A DNA stretch of 64,000 nt. Origin: an uncultured Pseudomonadales bacterium. GTDB lineage: Bacteria; Patescibacteriota; Microgenomatia; UBA1400; UBA12028. Made by a program: the position numbers and the translations under genes. Within the stretch, counting starts at the first letter, position 1. Each line of letters opens with the position of its first letter. Positions 48,840 to 57,253 of the stretch are shown here, one piece after another. A model generated the notes under the pieces. That model did no database searches, was not told the origin of the DNA, and worked only from the letters and a program-made list of their open reading frames with translations. Location of the stretch: contig CAZWPK010000001.1 of assembly GCA_964635905.1 (NCBI GenBank), positions 224,293 through 288,292 on the forward strand, given 5' to 3'.

Positions 48840-49736
48840 ATGATCCTACTTTCTGGTTCCTCCAACATCTCCTTGGCTCGAAAGATAGCTGAACACTTGG
48901 GTCAGCCGTTAGGCAGTATCGAGTCCTCTACCTTTGCCAATGGAGAACGACGCGTGTGGGTCAAAGAAGAAGTGAAGGGAAAAGATGTGGCGCTCATTCA
49001 AAGCTTTAGTGAGCCCGTGGATGCGCACATCATTGAATTCTCATTAATTGTGGATGCGCTCTTTCGACTAGGTGCTCGCCGTGTCTTTGCAGTGATCCCT
49101 TGGTTTGGCTACAGTTTGCAAGATAAGTCGTTTCGTCCGGGAGAACCCATTGCCGCCAAGGTCATCGCTACCATGCTAGGCAGTCTCTCCATCTATCGCT
49201 ACATTCTTTTGAATCTACATAACAACAGTAGTGCGGGTTTCTTTCAAAACCCTACGTCTGTACTCTCTTCTGATTCCGTCTTTGAACAAGAGATCAAAGC
49301 GTTAGGGAAGGATACAGTTTTAGTCTCCTCAGACTTTGGCGGCTTAAAGAAGGTGGGACTATTCTCTCAACGCCTGAATCTTCCCTTTGCCAATATTGAT
49401 AAACGACGGGATTTGGCAACAGGACACGTCTTGGCCCATTCCATCTCCGGTGATGTGGAAAACAAAACGGCAGTGATTCTCGATGACATCATTAACTCCG
49501 GCTCCACCGCCATTGAAGCTGCACGGATCGCCCGCGAACGTGGAGCAAAAAAGATTCTAATGCTTGCAACCCATGCGCTTCTGGCAGGTGATGCAAGTCA
49601 ACGACTTCAAGAGAGTGAAATTGATGAAGTCATTGTCACCGATACGGTTGACTCCTCAGCAAAACGATTTCCAAAACTTCGCGTAGTATCGATCTCCCAT
49701 CTGATCGCCGATGAACTAGCGCAATGGTCTAAATAA
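48840..49736 (+). CDS. prs: Ribose-phosphate pyrophosphokinase
   Basis: FANGE, QDK...GEPI, DKRR, LDDIINSGST, ATH and VTDT. Confidence 0.93.
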   Translation: MILLSGSSNISLARKIAEHLGQPLGSIESSTFANGERRVWVKEEVKGKDVALIQSFSEPVDAHIIEFSLIVDALFRLGARRVFAVIPWFGYSLQDKSFRPGEPIAAKVIATMLGSLSIYRYILLNLHNNSSAGFFQNPTSVLSSDSVFEQEIKALGKDTVLVSSDFGGLKKVGLFSQRLNLPFANIDKRRDLATGHVLAHSISGDVENKTAVILDDIINSGSTAIEAARIARERGAKKILMLATHALLAGDASQRLQESEIDEVIVTDTVDSSAKRFPKLRVVSISHLIADELAQWSK

Positions 49737-49738
49737 CT

Positions 49739-50611
49739 ATGCCATTCTGGAATAAAAAGGATCAACCAGCTGGGCATGATAAACCAAAAAGAAGAGAAAC
49801 TGGGAATACCGACCCCTATCCGATTGAGCAGATTGGAAGTCCGGAATTTCAAGCTCGAGTAAAACGACTCTCAGCGGAGCTTGCCAAGTCACTCAATCAA
49901 AGGGAATGGGCCGCCCAAATCGATAAACACACCACACCAAGTAGTTATCTTACTGCACTCACGAGGGCTCTGTATAACAGTTTGAGTCAGGAAAATGGGA
50001 AAGCTCAAACACACCGAGGAGATCCATTTGCCTATCTTCCCAGTGACGAAAATTCTAGCCCTGGTTCCATGAAAGCGTATTTTCAACTTCGGCCAGAATA
50101 TAAGGCTGCAACGGAGGCAATTGCCACAACGATTCAAACAAGAGTAAGACAACGAGGTTTGCAACTGGAGGGAAAATTCGATCGCTATCCTGACAGTAAC
50201 CGAAGGGATCGAATTGTCTTTTACTTTAACTCAGAAGATCGTGCAACAATCCTTCCGGTGCTTGCAGAGTTGGCAAGTGATTTTGTTGAGGATCCCGGAG
50301 TGTTACGTGACATTTCTCCTCAAGTGATTCCAGGTATTAACTATGCAGTTGATCCGAATGAGATTTGGAACAGCTTTGTATCCAAATGCATCCCCGAAGA
50401 CCAAAAATATGTTTTTTCCTACCGCCGGATGTTTGCATTCTTTTCTGCAACTGAAGTTGCACTGCAGCTCATAAATAGTCGGGGAAAAGATCAGAAATCA
50501 ACGGAGTTGCAGCAATACGTCTCTACTGTTGCCGAAGCAATCAAGGATTTTAATACGGACCCTCAAGGAGCGTACATAAAATTCATGAAGAGGTTGAATC
50601 CTCGTGGCTAG
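49739..50611 (+). CDS. Hypothetical protein, possibly HopA1-like fold
   Basis: KAYFQL...EGKF...RRDRIVFYF...PGINYAVDP pattern. Confidence 0.65.
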   Translation: MPFWNKKDQPAGHDKPKRRETGNTDPYPIEQIGSPEFQARVKRLSAELAKSLNQREWAAQIDKHTTPSSYLTALTRALYNSLSQENGKAQTHRGDPFAYLPSDENSSPGSMKAYFQLRPEYKAATEAIATTIQTRVRQRGLQLEGKFDRYPDSNRRDRIVFYFNSEDRATILPVLAELASDFVEDPGVLRDISPQVIPGINYAVDPNEIWNSFVSKCIPEDQKYVFSYRRMFAFFSATEVALQLINSRGKDQKSTELQQYVSTVAEAIKDFNTDPQGAYIKFMKRLNPRG

Positions 50612-50619
50612 TCGCGTTA

Positions 50620-50833
50620 TGCTATACTTTCAAGTGAATTGCAGCGGAAGAGCACCCAACTCTTCTTCCAGAAATGGAATGCTGATGTGGACATCAAAAG
50701 TACTAACACATCCGGAAGATAGCCGTCATCTATCAGAATCAAGGTCATTGGAGAACCAATGATAAAGAACGGTGGTACCGCGTGAAAACGCCCGTTTGTA
50801 TAGAACAGCTGTTCTGTATGGATGGGTTTTTTT
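50620..50833 (+). promoter_or_regulatory. T-box riboswitch (transcriptional, Pro specifier) with promoter and terminator
   Basis: TGcTATACT promoter. GGTGGTACCGCG at 50771. Antiterminator AACGG/CCGTT and GCG/CGC. Terminator CCCGTTTGTATAGAACAG-CTGTTCTGTATGGATGGG-T7. Confidence 0.85.
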
Positions 50834-50845
50834 ATAGGAAAAGGT

Positions 50846-51136
50846 ATGACTGCAGAAACATATAGCTTCTCACTAGGTGCAGAAAACTTTCGAATTCCTA
50901 GTACGGTTGGCTACGAAGAACTGCTTTCTACACTAGGGATACAAATTATCGATCTCATCCTTGCCTATGGAAATAACAGCAGCTGGGAAGAACTTGTCCA
51001 GCGGTCAAAAAACGCACGTTTGCGAACAGGACATCAAACACAAGAAGACTTTCGTGCGGATACTATTATGAAAGCATGTAAACAATTATCATTATCACAA
51101 AGTCAGTTTTCAATTAATAAACCGGAGCAACTATGA
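50846..51136 (+). CDS. Hypothetical protein between T-box and proS
   Basis: ATG at 50846 after AAGG; ATGA overlap with proS. Confidence 0.65.
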   Translation: MTAETYSFSLGAENFRIPSTVGYEELLSTLGIQIIDLILAYGNNSSWEELVQRSKNARLRTGHQTQEDFRADTIMKACKQLSLSQSQFSINKPEQL

Positions 51137-52803
51137 AATATTCAACTCTCTATGGCAAAACGAATAAAAACGATGTGGGTGGTTCCCAATTCATCAGTCA
51201 TCAGCTCCTGACGCGTGCGGGGTTTGTTCAGGAATCCACCGCAGGGAGGTACTACTTCTTGCCGTTAGGCTGGAGAGTTCATGACAAGATCAAAGCGATC
51301 ATCAAGGAAGAAATGGATGCGGTAGGCGGTCAGGAAATGATTACTCCGGTATTACATCCCATTGAGCTATGGGAAGAAACCAACCGAACAACCTCTGTCG
51401 GCTTTGAACTCATGTCCATTCAAGATGCCCGTGGAGCTAAGTTTGCACTAGGTGGAACAGCGGAAGAAATGTTTGTTGATTCCGTGCGCAAACTGCAGCT
51501 CTCATATCGTGATCTTCCTCTAAACCTGTACCAGTTCTCCACCAAATTCCGTGACGAGAAGCGCGCCCGTGGTGGACTCCTGCGTGTACGAGAATTTGTG
51601 ATGAAAGATGCCTATTCCTTTGACCGTAGCGAAGCAGAGTTTGCCAAAGTCTACGAACAGATGGCCCAAGTATATAGTCGCATCTTTTCTAAAATTGGAC
51701 TCTCAACCCTTAAAGTCGAAGCCGACAACGGTTACATTGGGGGAGAGTACTGTCACGAGTACCAAGTCGAATCCGCAATCGGAGAAGGACGATTTTTTGT
51801 GAGCCAAGATGGAAGCTATGTCGCCCATGAGGATGTCGCCAAGTTTAAGCGGGATGAGAAAAATGTGACGGACGACTTGAAAGACTATCAAGAAATTGAT
51901 GCCGTACGTGGAAACACCATGGAAGATGGGGTCGCTCTGCACGGACTCCCACTCTGGCAACAGATGAAAGATGTCATGATGGTCAACGAGGCAGGGAAGT
52001 TGATCCTGGCTGTGATTCGAGGTGACTATGATGTCAATGAAACCAAGCTTGCTCATGTTACGAATTCGTTCCACTTGCGACCGGCTACCGTTGAAGAAAT
52101 TCGTGCCATCGGCTCTGAACCTGGCTTCATCTCTCCGCATGGATTATCGGGGAAAGCGATCATCGTAGGCGATCTGTCGCTTCGAACCGTACGCAACATG
52201 TATGGAGGAGCGAACGCAAAACACAAAGATGCACTCAACTTGAACATCGACCGTGATTACACCGTCGATATTGAAGCGGATATTGTCATGTGTGCGAATG
52301 GCTACACTTCTGAATCTGGAAGTGTGTTGGAAGAAAAACGGGGAATTGAAGTCGGAAATATTTTCCAGCTAGGATACCACTACTCCTCCAAAATGACCGG
52401 AGCGACATTTACCGATGAAGATGGTTCCAAGAAGCCCTACTACATGGGCTGTTATGGAATTGGTTTGGGCAGAACCTTAGCGACTGTGGTCGAAAAACAT
52501 CATGATGACAAGGGCATTGTCTGGCCGAGTGCCATTGCACCCTATCAAGTGCATTTAGTAGATATCCAATCCAAAGAGCGTGGGCAAGAAATCTACGCAT
52601 CCTTGTGCCAGGCTGGCATAGAAGTGTTGTGGGATGATCGAGATGTCCGTGCAGGAGAAAAATTTGCTGACGCTGATTTGATCGGAATCCCTGTACGACT
52701 CGTTGTCTCCAATAAAACTGGGGAAAAATTAGAATGGAAGCGACGTAGCGAAAATGAATCAATATTGCTAGATCTATCTGAAGTGATTGGGAAACTGTTG
52801 TAA
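51133..52803 (+). CDS. proS: Proline--tRNA ligase (bacterial type with editing insert)
   Basis: SHQLLTRAG, KFRDEKRARGGLLRVREFVMKDAYSF, GIEVGNIFQLG and MGCYGIG. Confidence 0.97.
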   Translation: MKYSTLYGKTNKNDVGGSQFISHQLLTRAGFVQESTAGRYYFLPLGWRVHDKIKAIIKEEMDAVGGQEMITPVLHPIELWEETNRTTSVGFELMSIQDARGAKFALGGTAEEMFVDSVRKLQLSYRDLPLNLYQFSTKFRDEKRARGGLLRVREFVMKDAYSFDRSEAEFAKVYEQMAQVYSRIFSKIGLSTLKVEADNGYIGGEYCHEYQVESAIGEGRFFVSQDGSYVAHEDVAKFKRDEKNVTDDLKDYQEIDAVRGNTMEDGVALHGLPLWQQMKDVMMVNEAGKLILAVIRGDYDVNETKLAHVTNSFHLRPATVEEIRAIGSEPGFISPHGLSGKAIIVGDLSLRTVRNMYGGANAKHKDALNLNIDRDYTVDIEADIVMCANGYTSESGSVLEEKRGIEVGNIFQLGYHYSSKMTGATFTDEDGSKKPYYMGCYGIGLGRTLATVVEKHHDDKGIVWPSAIAPYQVHLVDIQSKERGQEIYASLCQAGIEVLWDDRDVRAGEKFADADLIGIPVRLVVSNKTGEKLEWKRRSENESILLDLSEVIGKLL

Positions 52804-52840
52804 CGCTTTTTATATTCAAGTTAAGGTCAAGAAGGAATTT

Positions 52841-53176
52841 ATGACTAAAATGGAGAAACCTAGAGAAGAGTGGGATCATCGTCGAATCAAAATGGCAAGC
52901 ATGTTCTACGATGATGTTCTCTTACCAGCTATACGTCATACTCCGTCGATTGGTAGTATCGATATCTTGCGACTAATTTCTGAATATCAAAATGGATTCC
53001 CTATTTTGGGAAACGATTTTGATGTCGATCACGTCTGGGGAACTGCGGTAAAGCGCTGTTTAGCAATCAAACAGAACGATCCAAGTACCGCTCACGACTC
53101 ACCAGAAGACAAAGAAACGCATCTTGAGGCATGGCGATTATTATCAATTCTAATTCGCGATCAACCAAGAATTTAA
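52841..53176 (+). CDS. Hypothetical protein
   Basis: ATG at 52841 with AAGGA SD. Confidence 0.6.
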   Translation: MTKMEKPREEWDHRRIKMASMFYDDVLLPAIRHTPSIGSIDILRLISEYQNGFPILGNDFDVDHVWGTAVKRCLAIKQNDPSTAHDSPEDKETHLEAWRLLSILIRDQPRI

Positions 53177-53255
53177 TCTCAAAGAACAAAAAAGTACTAT
53201 TAAGGGAATGCACTGGTGCTTTGGGGTTGCAAGAGAATGGGTTACTTAATTTGTT

Positions 53256-53906
53256 CTATTGATTTGAACTAGTTTTTAACACTGCTAAATGGTGGTACGA
53301 ATAGAGTGAGGTTTTGGGAAAACACTCGGACCACTCTTGTTCATGAACTAATTGTAGTTTGTGTTTTCGATAGGTCTTTTTCCACTGGGCAACACTGCGA
53401 TAGGGATGGGGATAGAATTCAAAATTATCGAGCATGTCGGATGCGGATAGAATTTTCCGTTCAATGGGATTGCGAAAGACGTCTTCAATCACGATCACTT
53501 TTTTTGCCACCCGTTTGGCCTCGGCCAACACTTGCACTTGATCGCTGCAGTGATGGAGAACGTGTAAAAGTAACGCGCAGTCAAAGGATTGATCCTTGAA
53601 GGGGAGTCGCTCTCCATCATAGAGAATAGGTTGAATATCGGAATACATACTCATATTCACGATATCCACACTTGAAACTTTGTAACCTCGGCGTTGTAAC
53701 TCACAGGCAACGGATCCACCGCCTAATCCAATCTCTAATAACTTTTTATCGTTGCCAATAAACGGAGTGATCTTTGAAACGGTAGAGTGCGCTTTGCGCA
53801 TTGCAAATTTGTAGACAAGTTTGGAAAAAAAGTTTTTTGCCGCACCCGTTTTGCACGACACAGAGGTTGATTTGGTGATGAACGGAATCGGCATGAACCA
53901 CATCAT
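53256..53906 (-). CDS. Class I SAM-dependent methyltransferase
   Basis: LLEIGLGGG, LPFKDQSFD and VLHH; start codon uncertain. Confidence 0.88.
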   Translation of the reverse strand: MMWFMPIPFITKSTSVSCKTGAAKNFFSKLVYKFAMRKAHSTVSKITPFIGNDKKLLEIGLGGGSVACELQRRGYKVSSVDIVNMSMYSDIQPILYDGERLPFKDQSFDCALLLHVLHHCSDQVQVLAEAKRVAKKVIVIEDVFRNPIERKILSASDMLDNFEFYPHPYRSVAQWKKTYRKHKLQLVHEQEWSECFPKTSLYSYHHLAVLKTSSNQ

Positions 53907-54105
53907 ACGCAATGATTTTTGGTAAATCTACTACTGGATTTTTTAGAGAATGAATTTATACTCAACACCTAATATCCCGGTGAGGATTTCTACCACCACA
54001 ACGCCGTTAACATGGGTTGGGGTGGTAGTCTTGGTTTACACTACTTTTTCCTTTTTTTGTTTCCTTGATCTTTCTATTCACGTGCTTGCACGATACAATG
54101 GCGCT

Positions 54106-54981
54106 ATGAAATTACTCGTCACGCATCGTGGTCCCGATCTTGATGCAATCGCAAGTTTGTGGGTATTAAAACGCTTTCACACACAGGTATATGGAGATGC
54201 AAAACTCTATTTTGTTAATGCAGGGGACTCTATTGATTTGCGCACGGCTGCAGATATGGGATTTGCGATTGAAGATGTAACCCATGTGGATACAGGACTG
54301 GGAGAATTTGACCATCATCAGGAAGATCGGGGAAAGAAACGAATCTGTGCAACCAGCTTAGTCATTGACTATGTTGTCTCCATTCATCCGGAGCTTGGTA
54401 AAGACAAAGCGCTGCAGTATCTTTCAGAATTTGTTACCGCAATTGATCATTTCGAAGAACAACAATGGCCGAATGCCGCTGACCTAAAAAATCAATTCAT
54501 GATTCACAGCTTGATTGAGGGGATTCGTCGCAGTGGTCAAGCACCCGATGATGAAGCAACCGCGCATTTTGGATTCCTATGTTTGGACGCTGCGTATGCA
54601 GGAATTCTTGAACAGATTCAAGCCCAAGAAGATTTAGACACAAAGAAACAAGAATTTTCTACTCCGTGGGGAACTGGAGTCGGAATCGAAAGTGCCAACG
54701 ATGAAGTTGTAAAACTGGCGCAAAAAAGTGGCTATGTGGTCGCAGTTCGCAAGGATCCAAATAAAGGCGATATTCGCATCAAGGCAGTCCCAGGAAGAGG
54801 AATTGATTTAACACCCATCGAAAAGAAAGTGAAACAGATGGATTCGGTGGGTCGCTGGTATTTTCATCCTGGCAAAACAATGCTCCTTAACGGCTCCAGT
54901 AAAGATTCCAGTCGGTTACCCAGTCCACTCACGCTTCAGCAAATCATGACGCTGTTTGAACAATTACCAAAGGAGGGATAA
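54106..54981 (+). CDS. DHH-superfamily (MYG1-like) phosphoesterase
   Basis: VTHRGPDLDA and HVDTGLGEFDHHQ. Confidence 0.75.
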   Translation: MKLLVTHRGPDLDAIASLWVLKRFHTQVYGDAKLYFVNAGDSIDLRTAADMGFAIEDVTHVDTGLGEFDHHQEDRGKKRICATSLVIDYVVSIHPELGKDKALQYLSEFVTAIDHFEEQQWPNAADLKNQFMIHSLIEGIRRSGQAPDDEATAHFGFLCLDAAYAGILEQIQAQEDLDTKKQEFSTPWGTGVGIESANDEVVKLAQKSGYVVAVRKDPNKGDIRIKAVPGRGIDLTPIEKKVKQMDSVGRWYFHPGKTMLLNGSSKDSSRLPSPLTLQQIMTLFEQLPKEG

Positions 54982-54989
54982 CACAGACT

Positions 54990-55325
54990 ATGTCAGACCC
55001 AACCATTTTTACAAAAATCATTAACCGAGAAGTTCCCGCGACCATCCACTACGAGGATGACGAGTTTATCGCCTTCAATGACATTTACCCACAAGCTCCC
55101 ATTCATGTGCTTGTGGTCCCAAAACATCTCTACCAGACGCTAGAAGAGGTAGGAATGGAGGATTCAGCTTTTCACGCCAAGCTCTTACAAACTGTGCGTA
55201 AAGTGGCTAACAAGCTAGGGATTAGTGAGAACTATAAAATTCAGATGAATGTGGGACAGAAAATGCAGTTGGTCCCTCATCTGCATGTGCACCTACTGGG
55301 AGGGTGGGAAAATCCCAGTCCCTAA
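54990..55325 (+). CDS. HIT family nucleotide-binding protein
   Basis: IFTKII, DIYPQAPIHVLVVPK and HLHVHLLGG. Confidence 0.95.
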   Translation: MSDPTIFTKIINREVPATIHYEDDEFIAFNDIYPQAPIHVLVVPKHLYQTLEEVGMEDSAFHAKLLQTVRKVANKLGISENYKIQMNVGQKMQLVPHLHVHLLGGWENPSP

Positions 55326-55490
55326 GTAGTGTTTCCTTTGGTAAATGGATCCAGACAGATCCCAAGGAAGGGCAGTGGTGTACCGGTTTTCCGATTACGG
55401 CTTTTAAGACCCTGATTCGTACAGTATAATAGCTACTCTTACATTGAGTTTGACCCATTTGAGTCTACCCGTGAGAGGAGGTGTTCGTTC

Positions 55491-55697
55491 ATGCCTACCA
55501 TCGTAAAAGCAAAAAAAGATGAAAATACCGACAGTGTCATTCGTCGCTTCAAGAAGCGCGTGCTTACTGACGACATTTTAAAGTTAGTGCAACGTAAAGA
55601 ATTTTACTTTAAGCCAGCTTTAATTCGTAAAGAAAAGAAGAAAGAGCTTGCTAAAAAGCTCGCTCGCGAACGTCGTATTCAAGCCAAAATGGGCTAG
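55491..55697 (+). CDS. rpsU: 30S ribosomal protein S21
   Basis: DSVIRRFKKRV and KEFYFKP; SD AGGAGG. Confidence 0.9.
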   Translation: MPTIVKAKKDENTDSVIRRFKKRVLTDDILKLVQRKEFYFKPALIRKEKKKELAKKLARERRIQAKMG

Positions 55698-55717
55698 AAT
55701 TTTATTTGATTCTTAGG

Positions 55718-55747
55718 AAAGAGGCAGCTCTCGGGCTGTCTCTTTTT
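55718..55747 (+). terminator. Intrinsic terminator after rpsU
   Basis: AAAGAGGCAGC..GCTGTCTCTTT plus Ts. Confidence 0.8.
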
Positions 55748-55812
55748 GTTTCCCCACCAAACTCCGGAATACTGAGATTGTCGTAATGATCCGATGGTAG
55801 AATAGAAGAACC

Positions 55813-56736
55813 ATGACTACCACAAAACAGACAACCATTCCGGCATTCATTGGAACACTTTGTATTCTTGCATCGGCTCTGGCCTTTGGTTCCTATGGAG
55901 TCTTTTCGCGGTACTTAGGTGCGTACGATATTTTCTTCCAGACATACGTCCGTTGTTTTTTGGTTGCTCTTGTTCTAGGTGGATATGGACTGCTGACCCA
56001 CCAATTTAAGAAGATCCAGCCTAAAGACTATGGTTGGTTTGCAGTCGTGCTCGTCTTTACCTCATTCTCCATCGCTCCGATTACGTATTCCTATCGTTTT
56101 CTAACTTTGGGGACAGCCGCGTTTCTGTTTTATAGTTCGGTAACGGTATTTACCTATCTCTTTGGTTTCCTCTTTTTTAAAGAAAAATGGACACCTGTCA
56201 AACTAATTTCTCTGGGACTATCTTTAGTGGGAATGCTTCTTATTTTCTCGTTACAGTTAACTGCGCTACTTTTGGTTCCTGCAGTACTAGCAATCTTTAC
56301 AGGGCTAGCAACCAGTGGGGAAGTGACGTTCTCAAAAAAGATCTCGGGTATGTACTCTAGTACGCAGATTACCTTTTTGGTATTTGCTGTGATTGGAGTC
56401 AGTCACTTGATTCTTTCACTGTTGTTAGGCGAGAATCAAAATATTGGGATTGTTTCCCACTCGCTCCCCGTGCTCTTGTTATTTGTCTTTGCCGCTATTG
56501 TAGGAATGATAAGTGTGGTCGAAGGATTTAAACGCGTCGAACCTAGTATCGGAGCGGTGTTAGGGTTAACGGAGATTGTGTTTAGTGTTGTCCTAGGAAT
56601 TGTCTTGTTTTCGGAGAGCCTCTCAAGCGGAACAATCCTAGGAGGAGCACTCATTCTTATTGCGGCCCTGCTTCCAAACATTGCGCCTCTCCAACGGTAT
56701 TGGGCACGTCGATCACAGCTAAACGCCTCAGTGTAA
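55813..56736 (+). CDS. DMT/EamA family transporter
   Basis: About 10 TMs in two repeats; FFKEKW and LFSESLS motifs. Confidence 0.88.
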   Translation: MTTTKQTTIPAFIGTLCILASALAFGSYGVFSRYLGAYDIFFQTYVRCFLVALVLGGYGLLTHQFKKIQPKDYGWFAVVLVFTSFSIAPITYSYRFLTLGTAAFLFYSSVTVFTYLFGFLFFKEKWTPVKLISLGLSLVGMLLIFSLQLTALLLVPAVLAIFTGLATSGEVTFSKKISGMYSSTQITFLVFAVIGVSHLILSLLLGENQNIGIVSHSLPVLLLFVFAAIVGMISVVEGFKRVEPSIGAVLGLTEIVFSVVLGIVLFSESLSSGTILGGALILIAALLPNIAPLQRYWARRSQLNASV

Positions 56737-56759
56737 AGATGGTACAATCTTCCCACCGT

Positions 56760-57197
56760 ATGATTACTGTCTTCCTCTCTGTTGGATCCCGCTATCCAGT
56801 CGATCGAAAAAAAATTCGAGAGCATGTCAAACAAGTTCTTCTCTCAGAGAAAGTTTTTGACGCCACTATCTCTATCAGTATCGTTGGCGAACGAAAGATT
56901 AAATACCTCAATGAGCGCCTGATTAAGCATGAAGGGGTAACCGACGTGCTTTCCTTTCCCCAATACGATAAAGGTTCAGATCTTGATTTTGAATCCACAT
57001 TAGATCCGACTCCACAACTCAATGAGATCGGTGCCTTTGTGCTTCCTCCCACGCCAACACGAAACCTGGGAGATATTGTTGTCTGTTTTCCCGAAGTCGT
57101 CCGCCAAGCCATGAAGAAGGGGAAGATGGTCGATGACCATATCTGCTTTCTCATTGAACATGGAATCCATCATCTCCTGGGGCATCATCACGAATAA
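56760..57197 (+). CDS. ybeY: rRNA maturation endoribonuclease YbeY
   Basis: TDVLSFP, LGDIVV and HGIHHLLGHHH. Confidence 0.93.
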   Translation: MITVFLSVGSRYPVDRKKIREHVKQVLLSEKVFDATISISIVGERKIKYLNERLIKHEGVTDVLSFPQYDKGSDLDFESTLDPTPQLNEIGAFVLPPTPTRNLGDIVVCFPEVVRQAMKKGKMVDDHICFLIEHGIHHLLGHHHE

Positions 57198-57253
57198 GAG
57201 GTCAGAGTCGCAAAAGTGTGCAAATGAGACTACCTAATAGGAATTACCCTGTT

